This document shows positions 8,150 through 15,059 of a stretch of 39,322 nt of DNA, piece by piece. Below the pieces are notes generated by a model. That model was not told where the DNA came from. It made no database searches and saw only the letters and a list, made by a program, of their open reading frames with translations. The position numbers and the translations under genes are program-made. The number at the start of each line of letters is the position of its first letter. Positions within the stretch are counted from its first letter, which is position 1. The stretch comes from an uncultured Candidatus Bathyarchaeia archaeon (GTDB lineage: Archaea > Thermoproteota > Bathyarchaeia > TCS64), in NCBI GenBank assembly GCA_964628365.1, contig CAZVMI010000002.1, positions 4,897 through 44,218 on the forward strand, in the 5' to 3' direction.

Positions 8150-9007
8150 CTACTGCGCGGGCTTCGCCGCGTCGACCTTCGCCTTCAGGCTCTGCGCCTG
8201 GGCGTTCGCCTTGGCGATAAGCTCCGCCGCCGTCTCCTTCGTGACGTAGCCCGCCTCGACTGCGACCCTGATCGCGTTCTGTGCCGCCATTGATAGGAGC
8301 GTCGGCGTGGTCTTGGAGGTGATGTAGGCCGCTTTTAGCGCGACCTGGAAGGCTGTGCCGTAGGCCTGGGCGAGCCTGTCCCTGTAGCCGGGTATGTCGA
8401 GGAGAAGGTCGCTCCCCTGGATTACGACGCCGCGCTCGTACGCCGCCTTTATGCTGAGCCCCATCTCGGCGGCCCTGACACCCAGCCTCATGAGGAGGTC
8501 GGCTAGGTCGGCGGTTATGACGTCGCCCTTCCTCGCGACGACGGTGTCCTGGGCTACCCAGATGTTCCCGGACTCTATCCTCGTCTTGACGCCGAGGACG
8601 CCGAACTTCCCGATCAGGGGGCCGGGGGAGAGGCCCGAGTTGCCGGCTGAGATGACGAGGTCGGTGAGAGCCTTGTCGCCGGCCTTGGCGAAGACCTTCA
8701 CCTTGTTCTTCTCAAGCGTCATCGCCAGCTTGAACGGGTTCCCGTTGGTGAAGAGGAAGACGTTGGGGCCCGCGACGGTCTTCATGAACTCCACGGTGCC
8801 CCTCTTCTCCGCCTTCTCCATGGAGATGCGCATCAGTGTGTTCTTGACGCACCTGACCTCGAGCTGGCCGCGGAGGCTCTTCCTGGTGTCCTGGAGCATG
8901 CCGCTCGTCACCTTGTTGAGGTCGGCGGCTGCGATGACCTCGTACCTCTTCAATAGGTCTACGGTCGAGGCGACGGTCTCAATCTTCTGCTCTGATACCT
9001 GTGACAT
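8150..9007 (-). CDS. rpl10: Large-subunit ribosomal stalk protein uL10 (P0), short form without the acidic C-terminal tail
   Basis: It lies directly downstream of L1 and L11 in the canonical order. uL10 N-domain, archaeal domain II and spine helices are present (...AVEAGYVTKETAAELIAKANAQAQ...). ATG 9007 is preceded by GAGGTG; GTG 9016 is the alternative. The protein ends ...SLKAKVDAAKPAQ. Confidence 0.88.
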   Translation of the reverse strand: MSQVSEQKIETVASTVDLLKRYEVIAAADLNKVTSGMLQDTRKSLRGQLEVRCVKNTLMRISMEKAEKRGTVEFMKTVAGPNVFLFTNGNPFKLAMTLEKNKVKVFAKAGDKALTDLVISAGNSGLSPGPLIGKFGVLGVKTRIESGNIWVAQDTVVARKGDVITADLADLLMRLGVRAAEMGLSIKAAYERGVVIQGSDLLLDIPGYRDRLAQAYGTAFQVALKAAYITSKTTPTLLSMAAQNAIRVAVEAGYVTKETAAELIAKANAQAQSLKAKVDAAKPAQ

Positions 9008-9017
9008 CGAATACACC

Positions 9018-9662
9018 TCAGAAGAGCTTCACCGACTCACCCATGCTCATCTTCAGGTAGACGGACCTGATGTTTCCGAGGCCGCGCTTAGTCGAGCCCG
9101 TGAGGTTCGTCATGATGGCCTCTATGTTCTGGGCGACCTGCTCGTCCGTCATCTCCTCCTTCCCCACCTTGCAGTGGACGAACGGCTTGTCCCTGCTCCT
9201 CAGGACTATGGCGCGCCTCTCACGCTCTATGACGTTGTCTACCGGCGCCTGGGGCGGCACGGGCGTGGGCATCTTCCCGCGCGGACCCAGGATGGGGCCG
9301 GCTACGCGGCCCACAGTCGGCATCAGCGGCGCCTCCGAGATGAATATGTCGTAGTCCTTGAGCCTCTTCTTCGCCGCCTTCTTGTCCTTCGCGAGCTCGC
9401 CGAGCTCAGTGGGCTCGATGACGTCGTCTGCCCCTGACCTCCTCGCCCTCAGCGCGAGGTCGCCAGAGGCGAAGACGAGGACCTTTTGTCCGCCGATGCC
9501 GTTGGGCAGCTGCACCCTGAGGTTCACCCTGTTCTCAGGTCTCTTCATGTCGAGCTCGCGTAGGTTGATTGCTAGCTCGAAGGTCTGCTCGAAGTTCCGT
9601 TTAGGGGACTTGCCCCTCGCCTCGGTTATCGCCGACATGATCTGCTGCCTTGGTACCGACAT
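9018..9662 (-). CDS. rpl1: Large-subunit ribosomal protein uL1
   Basis: Position between L11 and P0, 214 aa, uL1-like sequence. ATG preceded by AGGAGG. Confidence 0.93.
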   Translation of the reverse strand: MSVPRQQIMSAITEARGKSPKRNFEQTFELAINLRELDMKRPENRVNLRVQLPNGIGGQKVLVFASGDLALRARRSGADDVIEPTELGELAKDKKAAKKRLKDYDIFISEAPLMPTVGRVAGPILGPRGKMPTPVPPQAPVDNVIERERRAIVLRSRDKPFVHCKVGKEEMTDEQVAQNIEAIMTNLTGSTKRGLGNIRSVYLKMSMGESVKLF

Positions 9663-9704
9663 CTCTGAGCCTCCTAGTTCTCACCATAAATACAATATAA
9701 GAGT

Positions 9705-10193
9705 TTATGCGGCCTCCCCGAGCCTGGCGTCGAAGGCGCCCTGGGCGATCGCGGCCTGGACCTCCTTCGCCGGTTTCCCGTCCACGGTGACGCCCATGCT
9801 CTGGCAGGTGCCGAGGACCTCCCTAGTCGCCGTCTTCAGAGACGCCGCGAAGAGGCCCTCCTTCTTCCTTTTGGCGACGGCGAGGAGCTGGTCGAAGCTC
9901 ATGTCGCCGACCGAGGCCGTGTTTGGGGTTCCTGAGCCCTTCTTGATGTTGATCGCTTGGGTTATGAGGGCGAAGGTGGAGAGCATCCCGACCTTTACCC
10001 TGAACTCCTTCGTGTCGGTGTCTATGGTCACGTCGACTGGTATCGGCGTGCCGTTGTACTCCTTGGTCTCCTCGTTGATCTTGTTGACTATCGCCATTAT
10101 GTTGACGCCGAGTGGGCCTAGGGCGGGGCCTATGGGCGGACCGCCCGACGCCTGGCCTCCAGGCACTATGAAGTTGAAAGTCTTCTCAACCAT
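9705..10193 (-). CDS. rpl11: Large-subunit ribosomal protein uL11
   Basis: PGGQASGGPPIGPALGPLGVN motif, 162 aa, follows Spt5. Confidence 0.95.
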   Translation of the reverse strand: MVEKTFNFIVPGGQASGGPPIGPALGPLGVNIMAIVNKINEETKEYNGTPIPVDVTIDTDTKEFRVKVGMLSTFALITQAINIKKGSGTPNTASVGDMSFDQLLAVAKRKKEGLFAASLKTATREVLGTCQSMGVTVDGKPAKEVQAAIAQGAFDARLGEAA

Positions 10194-10195
10194 TG

Positions 10196-10669
10196 CTATG
10201 ATGCTCCTTTTACCTCACGGACGTAGTCGGCGTGGACCGTTATCGGCAGGGTGAAGGCGGCCTCCAGTATCTCGATGGTGACCTCCTCCTTGGAGGTGTC
10301 GACCCTGACTACCTTCGCCTGCATCCCCTTGAAGGGGCCCGCGACGACCTCGACCAGTGTGCCCTCCGCCAGCCCCTCTATGGCCGGCTTGGTCTCGAGG
10401 TAGCGCCCTACCTCCTCCGGAGAGACCGTGCCCTGGACGCGCTCCCTGGCGTACCGCATCCCCCTAATCGCCTCGTCTACGACGTGGGGCGTCGTCGACT
10501 CGACGATGATGTATCCCTTTAGCTCAGCCGGGGCTAGGATGGCGATGAGGGGGAGGTGCTCGACTCTCGCCTTGTCGGCGAGCATCTGGGCAACCGTCCT
10601 CTCCTGGCCATTCGTGACCTTCACGGCGTAGAGGGATGTGTTCGGTCTCTCTTCGGACAACTTTTCCAC
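10196..10669 (-). CDS. spt5: Transcription elongation factor Spt5 (NusG homologue)
   Basis: NGN domain (LYAVKVTNGQERTVA) plus a KOW motif (GTLVEVVAGPFKGMQAKVVRVD). GTG start. Canonical position between secE and rpl11. Confidence 0.92.
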   Translation of the reverse strand: MEKLSEERPNTSLYAVKVTNGQERTVAQMLADKARVEHLPLIAILAPAELKGYIIVESTTPHVVDEAIRGMRYARERVQGTVSPEEVGRYLETKPAIEGLAEGTLVEVVAGPFKGMQAKVVRVDTSKEEVTIEILEAAFTLPITVHADYVREVKGAS

Positions 10670-10703
10670 GTCCGGTGTGCACCGTATGCGTAAGGTCCCC
10701 GCT

Positions 10704-10715
10704 AATATTAATATT
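10704..10715 (-). promoter_or_regulatory. TATA-like box upstream of spt5-rpl11-rpl1-rpl10
   Basis: AATATTAATATT is the only AT-rich element in the 126-nt secE-spt5 spacer, 35-46 nt upstream of the GTG start at 10669. Confidence 0.4.
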
Positions 10716-10795
10716 GCTGAAGGCGGGCAAGGTGCGCCGCGACGAGGGGAATAACGGCCTATAGGGAGTTCTTGAGGCCGTTTACAGTGGTTCGC

Positions 10796-10972
10796 TTAGA
10801 TGGAGATGCCGCTGAGGGTCACAGAGATGAGCCGAATGAGGTAGCCGATGGCGCCGAGTATGCCCACGCCGGCGAAGACGATCTTGACGCTCAGGGAGAA
10901 CGTCTTCCAGTCAGGCCTGCTCAGGGTCTTGATGAGGCGCTCCGCGCTCTGCATGAACTCGCCGACGCCCAT
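10796..10972 (-). CDS. secE: Protein translocase subunit SecE / Sec61-gamma (58 aa; below the ORF-track cutoff)
   Basis: Hand translation of the minus strand gives MGVGEFMQSAERLIKTLSRPDWKTFSLSVKIVFAGVGILGAIGYLIRLISVTLSGISI. It has a single C-terminal TM and the RKP(D)W-type motif, and lies in the canonical position upstream of spt5. Confidence 0.85.
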   Translation of the reverse strand: MGVGEFMQSAERLIKTLSRPDWKTFSLSVKIVFAGVGILGAIGYLIRLISVTLSGISI

Positions 10973-11011
10973 GCTTTTCGCTCCTATCGGTGCCGAGATG
11001 ACTTAAATCCT

Positions 11012-11923
11012 TTACGTATCGCCGAGGAGCCTCTCCGTGAACCAAGCCGCGTCGAAGGGCTGGAGGTCGTCGTACCCCTGCCCCACACCAATGTAGATGA
11101 CTGGCTTTCCGGTAAGGTAGGGGACGCTCAGGCTCGAGCCCCCCTTCGCGTCTGCGTCGACCTTCGTCAGTATCGCGGCGTCGAATCCGACGCTCCCGTT
11201 GAAGGTCAGCGCCTGCTCCGTGGCGTCGTTACCGACAAGGCTGTCGATGATCATTATGGTTAGGCCGGGGTGTACAACCCTCCTGATCTTCGTCAGCTCG
11301 TCCATCAGGTTCCTGTTCGTCTGCATCCTGCCCGCGGTGTCAATTAAGACCGCGTCTATCCCCTGGGCCCTCGCATGCTGGACGGCGTCGAAGCCGACGG
11401 CGGCCGAGTCCGAGCCGTACCGGTGGCTTATCACCCTGACGCCGAGCCTCCTCGCGTGCTCGTCGAGCTGCTCTATGGCGCCGGCCCTGTAGGTGTCACC
11501 TGAGGCTAGGACTACACTATAGCCGCTCTTCATGAGGAGCCTGGCGACCTTCGCTATGGTGGTCGTCTTGCCCGTGCCGTTGATGCCGACGAACATGACC
11601 ACGAGGGGCTCCCCCCGACGTTTAGACTCTGAGACCATCTCAAGAAGATCTACTTCCCGTCCGGTCGCCATGACGGCCCTGATCGACTCCCTGAGGGCGT
11701 CCCTGACGATCCTAGACTTGTCGCCGAGCCTTGGAGCCTCGGTTCCGATTAGCCTCGCCTTCAGCTCACCGCAGACCTTCTCGGCGACTTGGACTGAGAC
11801 GTCGTTGGCTATGAGCTGTAGCTGGAGGTCCGAGACGAGTGGGTCGAGGTCCTTCTCGGTTAACCCGCTCTGGGAGATCCGCTCCACTATGCCCTTTAGG
11901 CCCTGCCTGAGCTTCTCAAACAC
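11012..11923 (-). CDS. ftsY: Signal recognition particle receptor FtsY
   Basis: SRP-GTPase NG domain: GINGTGKTTT (G1), DTAGR (G3), TKVD (G4). GTG start overlaps the pfdA end by 8 nt. Confidence 0.95.
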   Translation of the reverse strand: MFEKLRQGLKGIVERISQSGLTEKDLDPLVSDLQLQLIANDVSVQVAEKVCGELKARLIGTEAPRLGDKSRIVRDALRESIRAVMATGREVDLLEMVSESKRRGEPLVVMFVGINGTGKTTTIAKVARLLMKSGYSVVLASGDTYRAGAIEQLDEHARRLGVRVISHRYGSDSAAVGFDAVQHARAQGIDAVLIDTAGRMQTNRNLMDELTKIRRVVHPGLTIMIIDSLVGNDATEQALTFNGSVGFDAAILTKVDADAKGGSSLSVPYLTGKPVIYIGVGQGYDDLQPFDAAWFTERLLGDT

Positions 11924-12359
11924 GCTTCGCTTCCCCTTGGAGTTCGGCGCTCAGCCTGTTCGCGACCTCCTGGTGGGACTGCATCTGTGCGACTATCTGG
12001 GTGAGCTGCTGGTCGACCGCCGCCTGTGCCTTCTCCACCTCCTCGAGGCGCGAGGAGATATCAGCGATGGCCTTATCCAGCTCCATCTCGACGGAGACAT
12101 CCGCGCCTACGCCCACTATGACCTTCTTCATCTCGCCCAGTTCAGCGTTCACGAAAGTGCCTCCGCCGACGGGGATGAGGATGGGCGTCTTCGCGTCGAC
12201 GTTCTTGAGGTCGTTCAGGGACTGCTGCGCGAGCCTCAGGTCCGCGAGGGCTGCCGAGAGTATCTGCATCCTCTGCTGGAGGACCTGGACGGAGCCGTCC
12301 ATGAGCTGGAGCTCGTAGACGACGCGCCTGAACTGGTCCTCCTTGCTTGGAGCTGTCAA
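11916..12359 (-). CDS. pfdA: Prefoldin alpha subunit
   Basis: Coiled coil, two beta-hairpin regions (ILIPVGGGTFVNAEL... VGVGADVSVEM), then coiled coil. 147 aa, canonical position between LX and ftsY. TTG start. Confidence 0.88.
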   Translation of the reverse strand: MTAPSKEDQFRRVVYELQLMDGSVQVLQQRMQILSAALADLRLAQQSLNDLKNVDAKTPILIPVGGGTFVNAELGEMKKVIVGVGADVSVEMELDKAIADISSRLEEVEKAQAAVDQQLTQIVAQMQSHQEVANRLSAELQGEAKRV

Positions 12360-12363
12360 GAGT

Positions 12364-12582
12364 CTATTCCCCCGGCTTCTTCTCCCCGGCTGGAACCTCT
12401 TCGATGCTCTGGATGGCGATCTGGTTCCTCTTGGCCCTGTGGCGGCTCCCCATGATGGTGTAGACCCGCTCGACGGCGTGCTTCTCCTTGGTCGCCGCTA
12501 TATCCTGGGTGAAGACCATGGGCTCGAAGAACTGCTTCTTCCTGATCTCTCCCTTGACCCTGAAGACCTTGACCTCGCTCAT
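12364..12582 (-). CDS. rplX: Large-subunit ribosomal protein LX (eL20/L18Ae family)
   Basis: MSEVKVFRVKGEI...HAVERVYTIMGSRHRAKRNQI pattern, 72 aa. ATGA overlap with the L31e stop. Confidence 0.85.
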   Translation of the reverse strand: MSEVKVFRVKGEIRKKQFFEPMVFTQDIAATKEKHAVERVYTIMGSRHRAKRNQIAIQSIEEVPAGEKKPGE

Positions 12583-12860
12583 TCCTCTGCCTCAGCCTCC
12601 GTCTCGGCGAGCTTCACGGTGACTACGCCCTCGTCGTCCTTCGAGAGCTTGACCCTGATCCTCCTTGGCGGGGTCCTTATGCCCCTCTCCCAGAGGGCCT
12701 CGTTGACCGTGGGGTCTATGACTATGCCCGTGGCCTTCATGTGGCGCTGGACGAAGGCCTTCAGCACGGTGACAGCCTTCTCGGTGCGCCTGTAGCGTGG
12801 CACGATCCAGGCCCTTCCAAGGGGGACCGTGTATATTCTTTCCTCAGCTGCCTCAGACAT
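12579..12860 (-). CDS. rpl31e: Large-subunit ribosomal protein eL31
   Basis: ERIYTVPLGRAW..PRYRRTEKAV..LKAFVQRHMK...NEALWERGIRTPPRRIRV is a typical eL31 sequence. Confidence 0.92.
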   Translation of the reverse strand: MSEAAEERIYTVPLGRAWIVPRYRRTEKAVTVLKAFVQRHMKATGIVIDPTVNEALWERGIRTPPRRIRVKLSKDDEGVVTVKLAETEAEAEE

Positions 12861-12872
12861 GATACATCAACT

Positions 12873-13031
12873 TTAGTCCCTTATCCTTGTGTTGCGCCAG
12901 TTTCTCCTATTCTTTGGGCTCCAGCGGACCGTGCCCTTAGTCTTCGCGATGATCCAGGCGGGCACAGACCTCCTCTGCTTCCCCACCTTTATCAGGCGTA
13001 GCTTGTATGCGAGCGGTTTGTTCCTAGCCAT
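12873..13031 (-). CDS. rpl39e: Large-subunit ribosomal protein eL39 (52 aa; below the ORF-track cutoff)
   Basis: Hand translation gives [52 protein letters not shown]. Canonical position upstream of rpl31e. Confidence 0.9.
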   Translation of the reverse strand: MARNKPLAYKLRLIKVGKQRRSVPAWIIAKTKGTVRWSPKNRRNWRNTRIRD

Positions 13032-13032
13032 G

Positions 13033-13371
13033 TCATATTCTCCTTATGCTTATGTCCCGTTTCCTCTGCTGCCCCTCCAGCTGTGAGAGCAGCCTCTTTA
13101 GCAGCTCATCGTTTATCGGCAGCTGGACTCTGCCCGCCTGAGCCAGCTGGACCAGCTGCATCTCCAGCTGCTCTGCGAAGTCTGGCCGCACCATCCTTAT
13201 GTTGGCGAGCCTCTGCCTCGCCTCGGGCGTCAGGATGCGCCTCATGAGGGCCTGCTTCTGTGCATCCGCCTCCGCTTGAGCCCGCCTCACCTCCTCGCCC
13301 TGCTGCTGCTGGGCCTGGAGCTCGGCGATCCTCCTCGCCTTAAGCCTCTCAAGCTCCTCGTCAGAGGACAT
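13033..13371 (-). CDS. PDCD5/TFAR19-like DNA-binding protein (archaeal COG2118 type)
   Basis: [19 protein letters not shown]..., [25 protein letters not shown]. 112 aa, in the conserved position between rps19e and rpl39e. Confidence 0.85.
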   Translation of the reverse strand: MSSDEELERLKARRIAELQAQQQQGEEVRRAQAEADAQKQALMRRILTPEARQRLANIRMVRPDFAEQLEMQLVQLAQAGRVQLPINDELLKRLLSQLEGQQRKRDISIRRI

Positions 13372-13383
13372 CTTACTTCACGC

Positions 13384-13839
13384 CTAGTAGGCCTTCATCG
13401 CCGGGTTATCCCGGTCTAGGTCCCGTTTTATCTGCGTGGAGACGGCGTCGAGGAGGCCCCTGCCCTTCCGGCTGATGCTCCTCCCCTCCTTCTCCACCTT
13501 GTCGACGAGGCCGGCCTTCTCCAGCTGCTGGAGCACGTCGCGGATGATGCTGCCGCCGGCCTTCCTGAAGTGGGCTGGGAATACCCCCTTCCTCTTGCGA
13601 CCGCCGTACTCCTTCCTAAGCCTCTGGACGCCGGCGGGGCCGTTGAAGTAGAGCTTCCTGAGGAGCGACGCGCCCCTGATGTACCACCAGTCTGGTCTCT
13701 GGGGCACCCTCTCGGCGTGGCTCCCGGTCTTCACGTAGGATGCCCATCCCGGCGGCGTCACCTCCTTGACGTTCTCCCTGATGTAGGTGCTCAGCTTCTC
13801 TATCAGCAAGTCGGCGGGCACGTCGTACGCGGTCGTCAT
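13384..13839 (-). CDS. rps19e: Small-subunit ribosomal protein eS19
   Basis: TAYDVPADLLIEKL...PPGWASYVKTGSHAERVPQ.PDWWYIRGASLLRKLY...GGSIIRDVLQQLEKAGLV is typical eS19. ATG 13839 is preferred over the TTG at 13869. Confidence 0.92.
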   Translation of the reverse strand: MTTAYDVPADLLIEKLSTYIRENVKEVTPPGWASYVKTGSHAERVPQRPDWWYIRGASLLRKLYFNGPAGVQRLRKEYGGRKRKGVFPAHFRKAGGSIIRDVLQQLEKAGLVDKVEKEGRSISRKGRGLLDAVSTQIKRDLDRDNPAMKAY

Positions 13840-13946
13840 CTTCCTTCCCTTTTCCCAGACGCTACTCAATTTGTGCGGGAGCAGGCATATATACCTAGCC
13901 TTTCACCCGCATTTTAGCAACTCTTAACCACGCCCTCGGAATAAAA

Positions 13947-13967
13947 AGGTTTAGGGAGAGGTTTAGG
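13947..13967. repeat. Direct repeat AGGTTTAGG-gag-AGGTTTAGG in the rps19e / HCD-protein intergenic region
   Basis: Two identical 9-mers are separated by 3 nt. The first overlaps the AATAAAAAGGTTTAGG element that recurs at 15004-15019. Confidence 0.5.
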
Positions 13968-14052
13968 CTGGTCGGGTGGCGGAAGCTCTCTTTCATCATA
14001 TATTAAAGAAATTTTTAAAAATGGATTAATTAAAAAAAATAATTCTGGGCTA

Positions 14053-14598
14053 ATGATGCCTCCGCATTGTGATACTTTAGATGGACCTGGGGTAAAAGCC
14101 GCAAAGAAGGCTTTCGAGACGGGGAACGTCAACTACGTTCTCCCTTGGGTTCCCAAGAAGGCTGAAAAGAAGTTTTCTCAGGCATTCAAAAAGGCGTTAA
14201 AAGTGAGAAAGCAGAGCAAGGAAGCGGCTGAACTCGCCGACTACTGGTTCTATGAGACAGCCGTCAGGCTGTGCAGGGAGGGAGAAGGAGCACCATACTC
14301 GGGGCTCAAACCAGCGGGACTGGACTGGGGGCCGGTCGTTCCCAGGGCTGAGAAAGCCATCGAAAAAGGGGACCCGAAAGAGGTAATCAGCTACCTCTCA
14401 CATGTCCTCGAAGAGGAATTGACTACCCGCTTCAAACACATTCTGGAGACAAAGAAACACGATGTGAACGACGTAAAGGCAGCCAGAGAATACGTCCAGG
14501 CCGAGCTCGGGTTCGTCCTCTTCTCACACGGCCTCTACGCCTCGATCACCGGAGCAGGTGAACATGGAAGCGAGGAGGCCGGAGGACATAAACACTAG
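14053..14598 (+). CDS. Conserved hypothetical protein with an N-terminal HCDTLDGP motif and a His-rich C-terminus (possibly the DUF6448 family)
   Basis: MMPPHCDTLDGPGVKAAKKAFETGNVNYVLPWV... resembles, from memory, the conserved HCD(T)xDGP start of an uncharacterised family. The tail is GAGEHGSEEAGGHKH. ATG start after an AT-rich promoter region. Confidence 0.6.
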   Translation: MMPPHCDTLDGPGVKAAKKAFETGNVNYVLPWVPKKAEKKFSQAFKKALKVRKQSKEAAELADYWFYETAVRLCREGEGAPYSGLKPAGLDWGPVVPRAEKAIEKGDPKEVISYLSHVLEEELTTRFKHILETKKHDVNDVKAAREYVQAELGFVLFSHGLYASITGAGEHGSEEAGGHKH

Positions 14599-14631
14599 AC
14601 CTCGGAAACCAGGAAGGGATAAAGCCGTCAT

Positions 14632-14967
14632 CTAGTCTGCTCTTATCATCACCAGCATCATCTTGAAGCGCGTCAGGGCCTTGAGGGCGTGGGGCGTGTT
14701 GGCCGGCATTATCATCACGTCGCCCTCCTTCAGGAGGCTCCTCTTCCCAGCTATCCTGATCTCGACCTCGCCTTCAAGGTCGACGACAAGCGCATCGTAT
14801 GGCGCGGTGTGCTCGCTCAATCCCTCCCCCTCGTCGAAGGCGAACAAAGTTACCGTCCCCACTCCCCTGTCTATGATGGTGCGGCTGACGACAGAGCCTT
14901 CCTGGTATTCAACGAGGCCCCTGAGCTCGTAGACTTTTCCTCTCATATCCACCTGCTTCTCGCTCAT
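14632..14967 (-). CDS. Cupin-domain protein
   Basis: 111 aa with a cupin_2-like layout (G.GLSEHTAPYDALVVDLEGEVEI...G.... GDVMIMPANTPHAL). ATG start. Confidence 0.75.
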   Translation of the reverse strand: MSEKQVDMRGKVYELRGLVEYQEGSVVSRTIIDRGVGTVTLFAFDEGEGLSEHTAPYDALVVDLEGEVEIRIAGKRSLLKEGDVMIMPANTPHALKALTRFKMMLVMIRAD

Positions 14968-15005
14968 CTAAATAACCCGAATATTATTTTCTTAAAAACT
15001 ATTTC

Positions 15006-15012
15006 AATAAAA
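15006..15012 (-). promoter_or_regulatory. TATA-like box upstream of the cupin gene
   Basis: The minus strand reads CTAAACCTTTTATTG, ~39 nt upstream of ATG 14967. Other AT-rich candidates lie nearer the start. Confidence 0.3.
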
Positions 15013-15059
15013 GGTTTAGCCAGTTCGATCCGACCTTCTGTGAAGAGTGCTTTCTGTGC

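Noticed and set aside
14053-14100. Similarity of the HCD N-terminus to the nickel-hook of Ni-superoxide dismutase (HCDLPCGVY).
   Set aside because: The second hook cysteine (Cys6) is absent, the protein is much longer than NiSOD, and four residues precede the His with no obvious processing site.
13914-14132. A 72-aa minus-strand ORF that spans the promoter region and the start of the HCD-motif gene. A similar case is 16322..16552 across the terminator downstream of the E1-like gene.
   Set aside because: Both run through AT-rich regulatory DNA and overlap better-supported genes. Their composition is implausible and they have no motifs.
15023-15031. GTTCGATCC, a T-loop-like sequence that could mark a tRNA. 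A similar GGTTCGATG occurs near 36893.
   Set aside because: The flanking bases do not form a T-stem, an acceptor stem or any cloverleaf. I found no tRNA gene in the window.
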